From positions 21,022 to 85,021 of the forward strand of contig JBGAJW010000012.1 in NCBI GenBank assembly GCA_044224725.1: a stretch of DNA of 64,000 nucleotides. Reading direction: 5' to 3'. The notes beneath the pieces are model-generated. The model was given only the letters and a program-made list of their open reading frames with translations, had not been told where the DNA came from and did not search any database. The stretch comes from Flavobacteriales bacterium. Lineage in GTDB: Bacteria; Bacteroidota; Bacteroidia; Flavobacteriales_F; PHOS-HE28. Position numbers and translations under genes: made by a program. Below are positions 26,471 to 36,600 of the stretch, piece after piece (within the stretch, counting starts at the first letter, position 1; every line of letters starts with the position of its first letter).

Positions 26471-27532
26471 ATGGCCGCCACACTTTCCAAGCTCCAACGC
26501 CGCACGCGCCGCACACTGCGCATCACCCTCGCATGGGTGCTGGTGGGCCTGGTGATCGCCTTGTGGGAAAGCAACGTGCTGGAGTCCTACGGCTATGCAC
26601 CCGAACGGCTGCGCACGTTGGACACGCACTTCTGGCGTTTCCTGGTGATCGGTCTCCTCGGGGCCGGCACCTACATCTTCCTGCTCCGCGACCGCCTGCG
26701 TAGACTCGCCTACCTGCCCGCCTTGGCCATCATGGGAACGCTCATCCTGGCCACCATGCTGTGCTGGGTGGCGTACCGCACTCGGGAGACCTACGACCCG
26801 TTCATCACCGCCTTCACGGAACGCGTGATCAGCTGGTGGTTCCTCGGGCAATTCCTCGGCTGGACCTTGTTGATGGCGGCCACCATGCTCCTCGTGCGCC
26901 TGAACGACCAGTTCGGCAGCGGAGCACAGAGCTTCCTGCTCGGCCGGTACTTCAAGCCCAAGCAGGAGCTGCGCATCTTCATGTTCCTCGATATGCGCTC
27001 CAGCACCGTTATCGCGGAGGAGATCGGGGATACGCGGTACTTCCAGTTGCTGAACGAAGTGTACGCGGACATCACCGACCCCGTGATCTACAGCGAAGGC
27101 GACATCTACCAGTACGTGGGCGATGAGATCAGCGTGAGCTGGCAATTGCACAAGGGCGTTAAAGGACAGCGCTGCCTGAAGTGCTTCTTCGCCATCCGCG
27201 AAAAGTTGCGGCAACGTGCCGAGCACTACCGGAAGACCTACGGATTCGCACCGGTGTTCAAAGCGGGCTTCCATTATGGCCAAGTGACCACGGGCGAGAT
27301 CGGACTGGTGAAGAAGCAGATCATCTTCAGCGGGGATGCGGTGAACACGGCCGCGCACATCCAAGCAGCGTGCAACGAGCACAGCGTTGACATCCTCATG
27401 AGCAAAGACCTGCTCGATGTGCTCCTGCTCTCCCCCGACCGCTGGACAACACGCTCCATGGGCGAAGTGCCGCTGAAAGGGAAGAGGAGAACGGTGGCTT
27501 TGTTCACCGTGGAACCGAGGATCCAGGCTTAA
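26471..27532 (+). CDS. Membrane-anchored class III adenylate/guanylate cyclase
   Basis: N-terminal ~170 aa carry about 5 TM helices. The C-terminal CHD cyclase domain has metal-binding Asp residues (FMFLDMRSST...YVGDEISVSW) and GFHYGQVTTGEIG...FSGDAVNTAAHIQ. Confidence 0.75.
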   Translation: MAATLSKLQRRTRRTLRITLAWVLVGLVIALWESNVLESYGYAPERLRTLDTHFWRFLVIGLLGAGTYIFLLRDRLRRLAYLPALAIMGTLILATMLCWVAYRTRETYDPFITAFTERVISWWFLGQFLGWTLLMAATMLLVRLNDQFGSGAQSFLLGRYFKPKQELRIFMFLDMRSSTVIAEEIGDTRYFQLLNEVYADITDPVIYSEGDIYQYVGDEISVSWQLHKGVKGQRCLKCFFAIREKLRQRAEHYRKTYGFAPVFKAGFHYGQVTTGEIGLVKKQIIFSGDAVNTAAHIQAACNEHSVDILMSKDLLDVLLLSPDRWTTRSMGEVPLKGKRRTVALFTVEPRIQA

Positions 27533-27538
27533 GCCTGG

Positions 27539-27593
27539 TTGGCAGTTTCCAGTTCGCAGTCATAGGATGCAACTGCCAACTGGAAACTGCCAA
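27539..27593. terminator. Long perfect hairpin (16-bp stem TTGGCAGTTTCCAGTT/AACTGGAAACTGCCAA, 23-nt loop) between convergent genes; probable bidirectional terminator
   Basis: Inverted repeat read directly from the sequence. An 8-bp palindrome CCAGGCTTAAGCCTGG (27523..27538) spans the cyclase stop codon. A direct AACTGCCAA duplication lies in the 3' arm. Confidence 0.5.
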
Positions 27594-27606
27594 CTCATGA
27601 CGTACA

Positions 27607-28707
27607 TCAGTACCGCTCATACACCTTCCCTTTCCACCACACCTTCACCGTGCCGCTGTTGCTCTGCCAAACGACCGCGTCGCCGTGGAGTTCGAAGCTC
27701 TTCACGCCGGCTTCCTTGGTGATCACCGTGCGCTTACCGCGGTGGTACATGCGTAGTTCGCGGTTCAGGTCCTGGTAGGCGATGGTCGCGCCGCTCACTT
27801 GCCAGTTCTCGGGAACGAAGCGCTCCAATGTCTCCACCTTCCCCGCGTTCAGCGTTTTCCATTGGCCGTTCTCCACCCAGGTGATCACACTGTCCTGCAC
27901 GTAATAGGCCGTGGGCATGAACTCGGCGAGTGAATACACCTTGTGGTCCGCATAGCAGCGCAGCGCGGCCGTCGCGCTGGTGTAGCCCACTATGCCCAGA
28001 CCCGCACGGAAGTCGATCGGCGCGAACTGTTCCAGGTCGATGCGCTCACCGTGATCGAAAACGCGGAAGGTATCGTCGCTGTCGTCCATGTAAGCCACCA
28101 CATCGCCGCCTGCGCTCACCCGCGCATAGTCCACGTTCTCACAAAGAACTTCCGTTCCGCCCCGGTAGAAGAGCAGCACTTGCCGCGTGTCCCGGTTGTA
28201 CCAGGTGAGCGTGTTGCTGCCCGCCTGCCATTGCGGGGCTTCGCTCGCCATGAGCACGTCCGCCAAGGGGATCACCTGGCCTCGCCAGTAAACGCAAAGC
28301 GTCTTCTCGATCTCGTTGTGGTACGCCACCAAGCTGTCCTGCACGGTGAACTCTCCGGCATCGTGGCAGATCGTCTTCGGCCCCGCTACACCGGCGAACA
28401 ACAGCCGCTCTCCTTGCTTCCAAGCGAGCATGCCGCGCGAGGTCTTCACGCTTACCGGTTCGCCGCGCTGGTAGTTCATCAGCTGGCCTTCATCCCAGCC
28501 GCGCAGCTCGCCCTGCTCGGTGATGTAGGCCACACGCGGTCCGTTGGGAAAGACCACCTGCGGCTTGCGCTGCTCCAGCTCCTCGAAGCGGCCATCGCGG
28601 AACACGCCGAAGTGGCCGGATGCCGTCGTGAATGGAACCGCGACCTGGGCGATGCAGGGTCCGGACAGCAACGGCAAGAAGTTCACGATGGTTCTCCACA
28701 AGGTCAT
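27607..28707 (-). CDS. Secreted repeat protein (novel-looking ~50-aa repeats with an aromatic-x-R/K-G-x core), unknown function
   Basis: The start was refined to the ATG at 28707, giving signal peptide MTLWRTIVNFLPLLSGPCIAQ. At least 6 repeats are anchored by motifs LMNYQRGEPVSV, LCVYWRGQVIPL, LLFYRGGTEVL, FRVFDHGERIDL, LRMYHRGKRTVI and VKVWWKGKVYER. It lies 44 nt downstream of the second cyclase on the same strand. Confidence 0.5.
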   Translation of the reverse strand: MTLWRTIVNFLPLLSGPCIAQVAVPFTTASGHFGVFRDGRFEELEQRKPQVVFPNGPRVAYITEQGELRGWDEGQLMNYQRGEPVSVKTSRGMLAWKQGERLLFAGVAGPKTICHDAGEFTVQDSLVAYHNEIEKTLCVYWRGQVIPLADVLMASEAPQWQAGSNTLTWYNRDTRQVLLFYRGGTEVLCENVDYARVSAGGDVVAYMDDSDDTFRVFDHGERIDLEQFAPIDFRAGLGIVGYTSATAALRCYADHKVYSLAEFMPTAYYVQDSVITWVENGQWKTLNAGKVETLERFVPENWQVSGATIAYQDLNRELRMYHRGKRTVITKEAGVKSFELHGDAVVWQSNSGTVKVWWKGKVYERY

Positions 28708-28750
28708 TCCGCGAAAATAGAGCCGTGCGGTGCGAGCGTTCACCACCGCT

Positions 28751-29806
28751 TCACGCAACGCGCTCCCGCCTCACGGTGTGCGTCCGCACCTCGCGCTTCT
28801 TCCCTTTCACCGGGATCACCTGCTCCTCGCCGAAAGCGAAACGCTCACGTGCCAATGGCAGCCGCGCCAGCAGTTCGGCACTGATCAGCACATCGGCCTT
28901 CAGATCCTTGCACAGGCCCAGCATGCGGCTCACGGTGTTCATCACATCGCCGCTGAAATCGATGGTGCGCTTGATGTGCCCGGTCTGTGCGGTGATCACG
29001 CGGCCGCCATGCACGGCACCACGGAATTTCGGGACAGTGCCGAACGTGCGCATCAATTCCGCCTCGTTCTCCGCGATGCGTGAAGTGATGTCGAAGAAGA
29101 GGTCCAAGCAGTTCAGATGGCTGATGCCCTTGCGCATGGTCCAGGTGAAGATGACCTCATCGCCCACGTACTTGTGGATCTCGGCCTCATTGCGCAACAC
29201 CGCATCGGTCATGAGCGAGTGCGTCATGTTCAGGAAGCGGAAGTAGAGCAGGTCGCCGAGCTTCTCGTTCAGTGCCGTGCTGCCCACGAGGTCGATACTG
29301 AGCATGATGCGCTCCTCGGCCACAGGGCGTTCGTAACGGCCGAGCAGGAATCCCAGAAAGAGCCGTCGGCCCATGAGCTCTTCCACCTGCACAACGAGGA
29401 TGGCAATGGACGTGACCACCACCACGCGAAGCACCAGCCGGTAGAGCTGCGGCATCAGCACCATCTGCATCGGGCTGAAGGGCGCGTCCTGTGCGAGCGG
29501 TAGCTGTTGTTCACTGTCGAACGCGAAGGCGATGATGATGAAGAGCAGGGTAAGCATGTTCACCGCGAGCACCTTGCCCAGGAACTGCAGCGGGATGGCC
29601 AGTGACCGGAATCGGCGACCGAAGAGGAACTCCTCCAGCACGCCGGTCCATACGCCCAACAGGAACCAGGCACCGATGAAACCGCGCGCGCTTTCGCCGC
29701 TGAACAGCGTGAGCACCCAGGCCACAACGAGTGTGACCATGCCGTATTTCAGCAATTTGCCGAGCTTGTAGCGGGTGATGGCGGTGAGGGAGAACACGGA
29801 AGTCAA
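28751..29806 (-). CDS. Membrane-anchored class III adenylate/guanylate cyclase (paralog of 26471..27532)
   Basis: The N-terminal ~170 aa are polytopic. The cyclase domain (IMLSIDLVGSTALNEKLGD...YVGDEVIFTW...GAVHGGRVITAQTG...FSGDVMNTVSRM) aligns with the first cyclase over its whole length. Confidence 0.75.
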   Translation of the reverse strand: MTSVFSLTAITRYKLGKLLKYGMVTLVVAWVLTLFSGESARGFIGAWFLLGVWTGVLEEFLFGRRFRSLAIPLQFLGKVLAVNMLTLLFIIIAFAFDSEQQLPLAQDAPFSPMQMVLMPQLYRLVLRVVVVTSIAILVVQVEELMGRRLFLGFLLGRYERPVAEERIMLSIDLVGSTALNEKLGDLLYFRFLNMTHSLMTDAVLRNEAEIHKYVGDEVIFTWTMRKGISHLNCLDLFFDITSRIAENEAELMRTFGTVPKFRGAVHGGRVITAQTGHIKRTIDFSGDVMNTVSRMLGLCKDLKADVLISAELLARLPLARERFAFGEEQVIPVKGKKREVRTHTVRRERVA

Positions 29807-29925
29807 GTTTCAAGCTTCAAGACGCAAGGTCCGAGACACAAGCTTCAAGACGCGAAAGCGTGCAGCCAAAGGGGGCGCGAAAGTAGGATCACGCGATGCT
29901 GACGTATGTGGCCGATCTTTGAGAC

Positions 29926-30582
29926 GTGTTCGTGAACCTCGCCCGCTTGCTGAGCTACGTGTGGCCCGTGCGGGTCTGGAAGGGGAACGGTGCCAGCGGT
30001 CAGCTCGAACTGACCTGGGAATACGGCAGACTGGTGGTGAACAGCGCGAACGCTAACCAGAGCTTCGGCAGTTTGCACCGGGTTTGGCAGGCCGCATTCA
30101 GCGATGCGCGCATCGCTCAGCAAGCGCCGAAGACCGCCTTGATCCTCGGATACGGAGCAGGCAGCGCCGCTCACATTCTCCGGAGCGAACTCGGCTTGGA
30201 CACGGCCATCACCGGGGTCGACCATGATGAGGCCATGCTCCGGTTGGCATCGGAACGCTTTCCATTGGACCAGCAGGAAGGGATCGAACTGGTCCGAGCG
30301 GATGCCTTCTCGTTCGTGGCCAAATGCTCAACGACCTTCGACCTGGTGGTCGTGGACCTTTTCCATGACCTTGACTTCGTTGAAGGCGTGAACGACCCTT
30401 ATTTCCTGCGTTCTGTCCGACGCCTGGTGTCGTCTTCGGGGCGGATCCTCCTCAATACCGTGGCGCATGACGAAAAGTCCGCCTTCCGCAGCGCACGTCT
30501 GGGGGCTGAACTGCGTCTAGTTTTCAAGGAAGTGAAGGAGCAGCACTATGACGTCAGCAACCGGGTGTTCATCGCCTTGTGA
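29926..30582 (+). CDS. Spermidine-synthase-like class I SAM-dependent methyltransferase-fold protein
   Basis: ILGYGAGSAAHIL (GxGxG SAM-binding loop), VDHDEAML, VVDLFHD. Overall spermine/spermidine synthase-like layout. Length 218 aa. Confidence 0.5.
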   Translation: MFVNLARLLSYVWPVRVWKGNGASGQLELTWEYGRLVVNSANANQSFGSLHRVWQAAFSDARIAQQAPKTALILGYGAGSAAHILRSELGLDTAITGVDHDEAMLRLASERFPLDQQEGIELVRADAFSFVAKCSTTFDLVVVDLFHDLDFVEGVNDPYFLRSVRRLVSSSGRILLNTVAHDEKSAFRSARLGAELRLVFKEVKEQHYDVSNRVFIAL

Positions 30583-30658
30583 AGAGCCATGGTCCTCCGG
30601 GGTTGTAGCATGTGGCCCGCCGGTCCGAAATTTGTCGAACGGCGCTGACCCGCACGCT

Positions 30659-33600
30659 TTGATACCCGGACGACTCCGCCCCCTCTTCCTCCCGGCTTTC
30701 GGCCTCCTATTGGCCGCTTCGGCTTCGGCGCAGCCCGTCTGTTCCATCAACATCGGTCCGGATGTTACCATCTGCCAAGGCCAAGTGGCGCAGTTGCAAG
30801 GACCAGCAGGCTATTCCAACTACCTCTGGAGCACGGGCGCCAACACGCAGGGCCTGAATACGGGCACCGCCGGGAGCTACTGGTGCGAGGTGAGCTACAA
30901 CAGCGGCAACCTGGTGACGAACGGGAACTTCAGTGCGGGCAATACAGGGTTCAGTTCGCAGTGGAACTACAACTCGAACCTCACGGGTGAAGGCACCTAC
31001 TTCGTGGACAATGTTTCCACCCCGCACCATGCGCAGTTCAGCGGCACGGGCAATGGTCTGTTCATGATGGTGAACGCCGGATGGGGCTCTTACGGCGTGT
31101 TGAATCTGCATGACGTGTGGTGCCAGAACATCACCGTCTGCCCGGGACAGACCTACACGCTGAGCTATCGCGCCCGGACACTGTCGAATGCCACCCCGGC
31201 CCGATTGCAGTGGTATGTGGACGGAACCGCCGTGGGCCCCGAAGTGAACATGCCTGCCTTCAATGGCGGATGGCAGACGATCAATCAGACGTGGACCTCA
31301 GGACCCGGACAAGTGAGCGCCAACTGCTGCTTGCAGGTGATGAGCGGGGATGGCGTCGGCAATGATTTCGGCTTGGACGACATCAGCATCAGCGGGACGA
31401 TCGTGCTGCGCGATTACGTGCAGGTGAACGTGACGCCGCTTCCCGTTGTGAACCTCGGTCCGGACCAGACCCCATGTGTCGGCACCCCCGTGCTGCTGAA
31501 CGCCACAGTGCCCGGTGGAACCTATCTGTGGCAGAACGGCGCAACCACGCCGACCTTCAACGTGTCCACATCGGGCAACTACAATGTGACCGTCACCGCG
31601 AACAACTGCAGCAACAGCGACGCGATCGCGGTGAACTACAATCCGTATCCGGTGGTGAACATCGGACCGGACGTCGCGCTGTGCATCGGGCAGCAATTGC
31701 TGCTCAATGCCGCGCAGCCCGGAGGTTCCTACAGTTGGCAGAACAACAGCACCGCAGCGACCTTCAATGTGATCGGGCCGGGGACCTACGATGTGGATGT
31801 GACCGTCGGCGGCTGCACGACCAACGACGCCATCACCGTGAGCTACAATCCGCTGCCCGTGGTGAACCTCGGCGCGGACCAGACCATTTGCCAAGGCGAC
31901 CAGGTGCAGTTGAACGCCTCCCTGCCCGGCGCCTCCTATGTGTGGCAGGACGGCTCCACCAACGCAACGTTCACGGCTACAACTGCAGGCACCTATTCTG
32001 TGGACGTAACGGTGAATGGCTGCTCGGAGAACGATGCGATGAACGTGACGGTGAATCCCAACCCCGTGGTGAACCTCGGTGCGGATGCGACCCTCTGCGA
32101 TGGTGATCAGATCATCCTGAACGCAACGACGGCTGGTGCGACCTACAACTGGCAGGACAACAGCAATGGGCCCACGTTCACCGCAACGACCACCGGCACT
32201 TACGATGTGGACGTCACCGTGAACGGCTGCACGACCAATGACGCGATAAACGTCACCTTCAACCCCATGCCCATTGTCGACCTCGGGCTGGATGCCACGA
32301 TCTGCCAAGGCGATCCGTTGCAACTGGATGCGACCGTTGCCGGAGCGAGCTATCTCTGGCAGGACGGTTCCACCAGCGCGACGTTCGATGTGACAACGAG
32401 CGGCACCTACGATGTGGATGTTACGCTGGGTACCTGCTCCGCGAGCGATGCGATCAATGTCACCGTGAATCCGAATCCCTCCGTGAATCTCGGTGCGGAT
32501 GTGGCGCTTTGCGATGGTGATCAGATCGTCCTGAACGCAATGACGGCTGGAGCGACCTACAACTGGCAGGACAACAGCAATGGGCCCACGTTCACCGCAA
32601 CGACCACCGGCACCTACGATGTGGACGTCACCGTGAACGGCTGCACGACCAATGACGCGATAGACGTCACCTTCAACCCCATGCCCGTTGTCGACCTCGG
32701 GCTGGATGCCACGATCTGCCAAGGTGATCCGTTGCAACTGGATGCGACCGTTGCCGGAGCCAGCTATCTCTGGCAGGATGGTTCCACCAGCGCGACCTTC
32801 GATGTGACAACGAGCGGCACCTACGATGTGGATGTTACGCTGGGTACCTGCTCCGCGAGCGATGCGATCAACGTCACCGTGAATCCGAATCCCTCCGTGA
32901 ATCTTGGTGCGGATGTGGCGCTCTGCGATGGTGATCAGATCGTCCTGAACGCAACGACAGTTGGTGCGACCTACAACTGGCAGGACAACAGCAATGCGCC
33001 AACCTTCATCGCTACGACGACCGGCACCTACGATGTGGACGTCACCGTGAACGGCTGCACGACCAATGACGCGATAAACGTCACCTTCAATCCCATGCCC
33101 GTTGTGGACCTTGGCTTGGATGCCACGATCTGCCAAGGCGACCCGCTTCAACTGGATGCGACCGTTTCCGGTGCGAGCTATCTCTGGCAGGACGGTTCCA
33201 CCAGCGCGACCTTCGATGTAACAACGAGCGGCACCTACGATGTGGATGTTACACTGGGTACCTGCTCCGCGAGCGATGCGATCAATGTCACCGTGAATCC
33301 GAATCCCACCGTGAACCTCGGTGTGGACGCGGCGCTCTGCGATGGGGATCAGATCGTCCTGAACGCAACGACGGCTGGAGCGACCTACAACTGGCAGGAC
33401 AACAGCAATGGGCCCACGTTCACCGCAACGACCACCGGCACTTACGATGTGGACGTGACCGTGAACGGCTGCACGACCAACGACGCCATTCTTGTCACCT
33501 TCAATCCCATGCCCGTAGTGGACCTTGGGCTTGACGCGACCATCTGCCAAGGTGATCCGTTGCAGTTGGATGCGACTTCCCCGGGTGCTTCCTACCTCTG

Positions 33601-36600
33601 GCAAGACGGCTCGACGAACGCGACCTTCGACGTGACGGCAACGGGCACCTACAGCGTTGATGTGTCGCTCGGTTCGTGTTCTGTGAGCGATGCGATCGAC
33701 GTGACGGTGAATCCGAACCCCATCGTGAATCTGGGCGCTGATGCGATGCTCTGTGATGGGGACCAACTCGTGATAGACGCGACCACGCCGGGGGCGACCT
33801 ATTCGTGGCAAGACAATAGCAACGGACCCACTTTCACCGCTGATGCGACCGGTACGTATGACGTGGATGTGACCGTGAACGGCTGTACCACGAACGACGC
33901 GATCAACGTCACCATCAATCCCATGCCTGTGGTGGACCTGGGGCCGGACGTCACCCTTTGCCAAGGCACTCCGCTGCTGCTGGATGCCACTGTTCCCGGT
34001 GCATCTTATAGCTGGCAGAACGGCTCCACTGACGCCACGTTCGCTGTGAACGCCACCGGCACCTACGATGTGGATGTTACGCTCGGCACATGCTCCGCGA
34101 GCGATGCGATCAACGTCACCGTGAATCCGAATCCCACCGTGAACCTCGGTGCAGACGCCGCGCTCTGCGATGGAGATCAGATCATCCTGAACGCAACGAC
34201 AGCTGGAGCAACCTACAACTGGCAGGACAACAGCAATGGGCCCACATTCACCGCGACCACATCCGGTACCTATGATGTGGACGTGACCGTGAACGGCTGC
34301 ACGACCAACGACGCCATCAATGTCACCTTCAACCCCGTGCCCGATGTCGATCTCGGGCTGGATGCCACGATCTGCCAAGGCGATCCGCTACAACTGGATG
34401 CCACCTCACCCGGCGTGACCTACCTCTGGCAGGACGGCTCAACCAACGCGACCTTCGATGTGACCGAGACAGGCACCTATAGCGTGGACGTTTCCCTCGG
34501 CTCTTGTTCGGTCAGCGATGCCATCGATGTGACCGTGAACTCCGCACCCGTATTCGACCTTGGAGCCGACGTGACCGTCTGCCCGGGCGAGGATGCCACG
34601 TTCGACGCCACCACGCCCGGTGCGACATATCTGTGGCAAGACAATTCAACGGCGGCGACCTTCACCACCGGACAGGCCGGCAACTACAGCGTGACGGTGA
34701 CCGCCAATGGATGCAGCAGCAGTGATCAAGTCGCACTGGCCATCTTCGATCTGCAAAGTGTGGACCTCGGCGCGAACACCTCGATCTGTGACGGTACCGC
34801 GATCACCTTGGACGCCACGCTCGCAGGCAGCACTTACCTATGGAGCACGGGTGCGACCTCGGCCACGATCGATGTGACCCAAAGCGGCACGTACGATGTG
34901 GAAGTATTCCAGAGCGGCTGCTCAGCAACGGCTGATGTGACGATCACCGTATTGCCCTCGCCGACCGTGTACCTCGGCAACGACACAACGCTCTGCGACC
35001 AGAGTACGCTCACCTTGGACGCGACCTTCCCAGGTGCGACCTACGACTGGTCCACCGGAAGTACGGCCGCTTCCATCGCGATCTCTTCACCCGCTACCTA
35101 TGGTGTGACCGTGGATCTCAACGGCTGCACGGCGACGGACGATATCGAAGTGGCGTACGTGGGCGCTCTGACGCTCAACATCGGGAACGACACGACACTG
35201 TGCCCGGACGCCAGTCTCACACTGAACGCTTCTCTTCCCGGCGGCACCACCGTATGGAGCACGAATACCGTAGCTACCTCCATTACGGTTTCCGAACCGG
35301 ACATCTACTGGGCCACGATCACCGTGAGCGGCTGCGCTGTGAGCGATTCCATCACGGTGAGCGAGGTGCCGTTGCCGGTACTCGACCTTGGCGAGGACGC
35401 GGCCGTGTGCGATGGCAACGCGGTCGATTTCGATATCACTGTTCCCGGTGCCACGTACTTGTGGGAGGATGGGACGACCGAGCCGAACCGGACTGTGGAC
35501 GATGCGGGGGAATACTGGGCGCGCGTCACTTTGAGCGGCTGCATTACGACGGACACGTTCAACCTCGCGCTGGTCCCTTTGCCAACGGTGGACTTGGGGC
35601 CGGACACGGGACTGTGCGCTGCGAATACGCTGGTACTCGATGCTACCACCGCGGGTGCCACCTACCTCTGGACCGACAACAGTGTGCAATCCACTTTCAT
35701 CGCAACGCCGGGCGATTGGGATGTACAAGTGACGGTGAACGGCTGTTCCTCCTCGGATGCCATACACATCGATGCGCTGGCTACTCCCGTGCTCGATCTT
35801 CCTGAGGATACCACGCTCTGCAACGGTGCGGTCTGGCTGATAGATGCCGCCCAAACGGGTGCGGATTACCTGTGGCAAGACGGCTCCACCGCCAGCGGAT
35901 TCCTCGTCGATCAACCGGGCACCTTCTCGGCTACCGTTACCATCGGGGCGTGCCCTGTGCAAGATGCGGTTGAAGTCTCCTACTTCGATGAATCGCTCGT
36001 TGACCTCGGGCCCGATACAACGCTCTGTCCCGGCGAACAACTCGTACTGACGCTCACCCTTCCGGGAGTGGATCTGATCTGGTCCGATGGGTCCACCGCT
36101 ACGAGCTTCACGGTCAGTTCCGGTGGCGGCTACAGCGTGACAGCCAATGCGAACGGTTGCGTGACCACGGACGCCATCCAAGTGGGCTACACGCCGCTCC
36201 TACAACCGGACCTCGGCGCCGACCGAACGCTTTGCGAGGGCGACAGCTTGTTCCTTTCGGTGCAGCCAGCAACCGCCAGCGTGCTCTGGAGCACAGGCAG
36301 CCCGAACGATTCATTGCTTATTACAACGAGCGATGACATCACCGTGTCGCTGACCCTCGATGGCTGCGTTTCAACCGATGCGGTGGAGGTCACGTTCCTG
36401 CCGGTTGTCGATGAGATCGACCTGGGGCCGGATGCGACGATCTGCCTGGGCCAAGAACTTTTGCTGGATGCCACGGTGCACAACGCCCTCTATGACTGGA
36501 ATACAGGCGATGATGATGCCAGCATCCAGGTAACGATGCCGGGTACCTATCATGTGGTGCTCAGCGGGCCTTGCATCCACGCGGCCGATACGATCATGAT

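Noticed and set aside
31298-34378. 1026-aa minus-strand ORF inside the repeat gene
   Set aside because: It is antisense to a gene with a clear signal peptide, repeats and a T9SS CTD on the plus strand. Its translation is Gly/Arg/His-rich low-complexity sequence, typical of a stop-free reverse frame of GC-rich repeats.
31900-34500. Possible CRISPR array, because of the regular tandem repeats
   Set aside because: The repeat unit is 420 bp of continuous coding sequence with no spacer/repeat alternation. It encodes Ig/PKD-like modules, and no cas genes are nearby.
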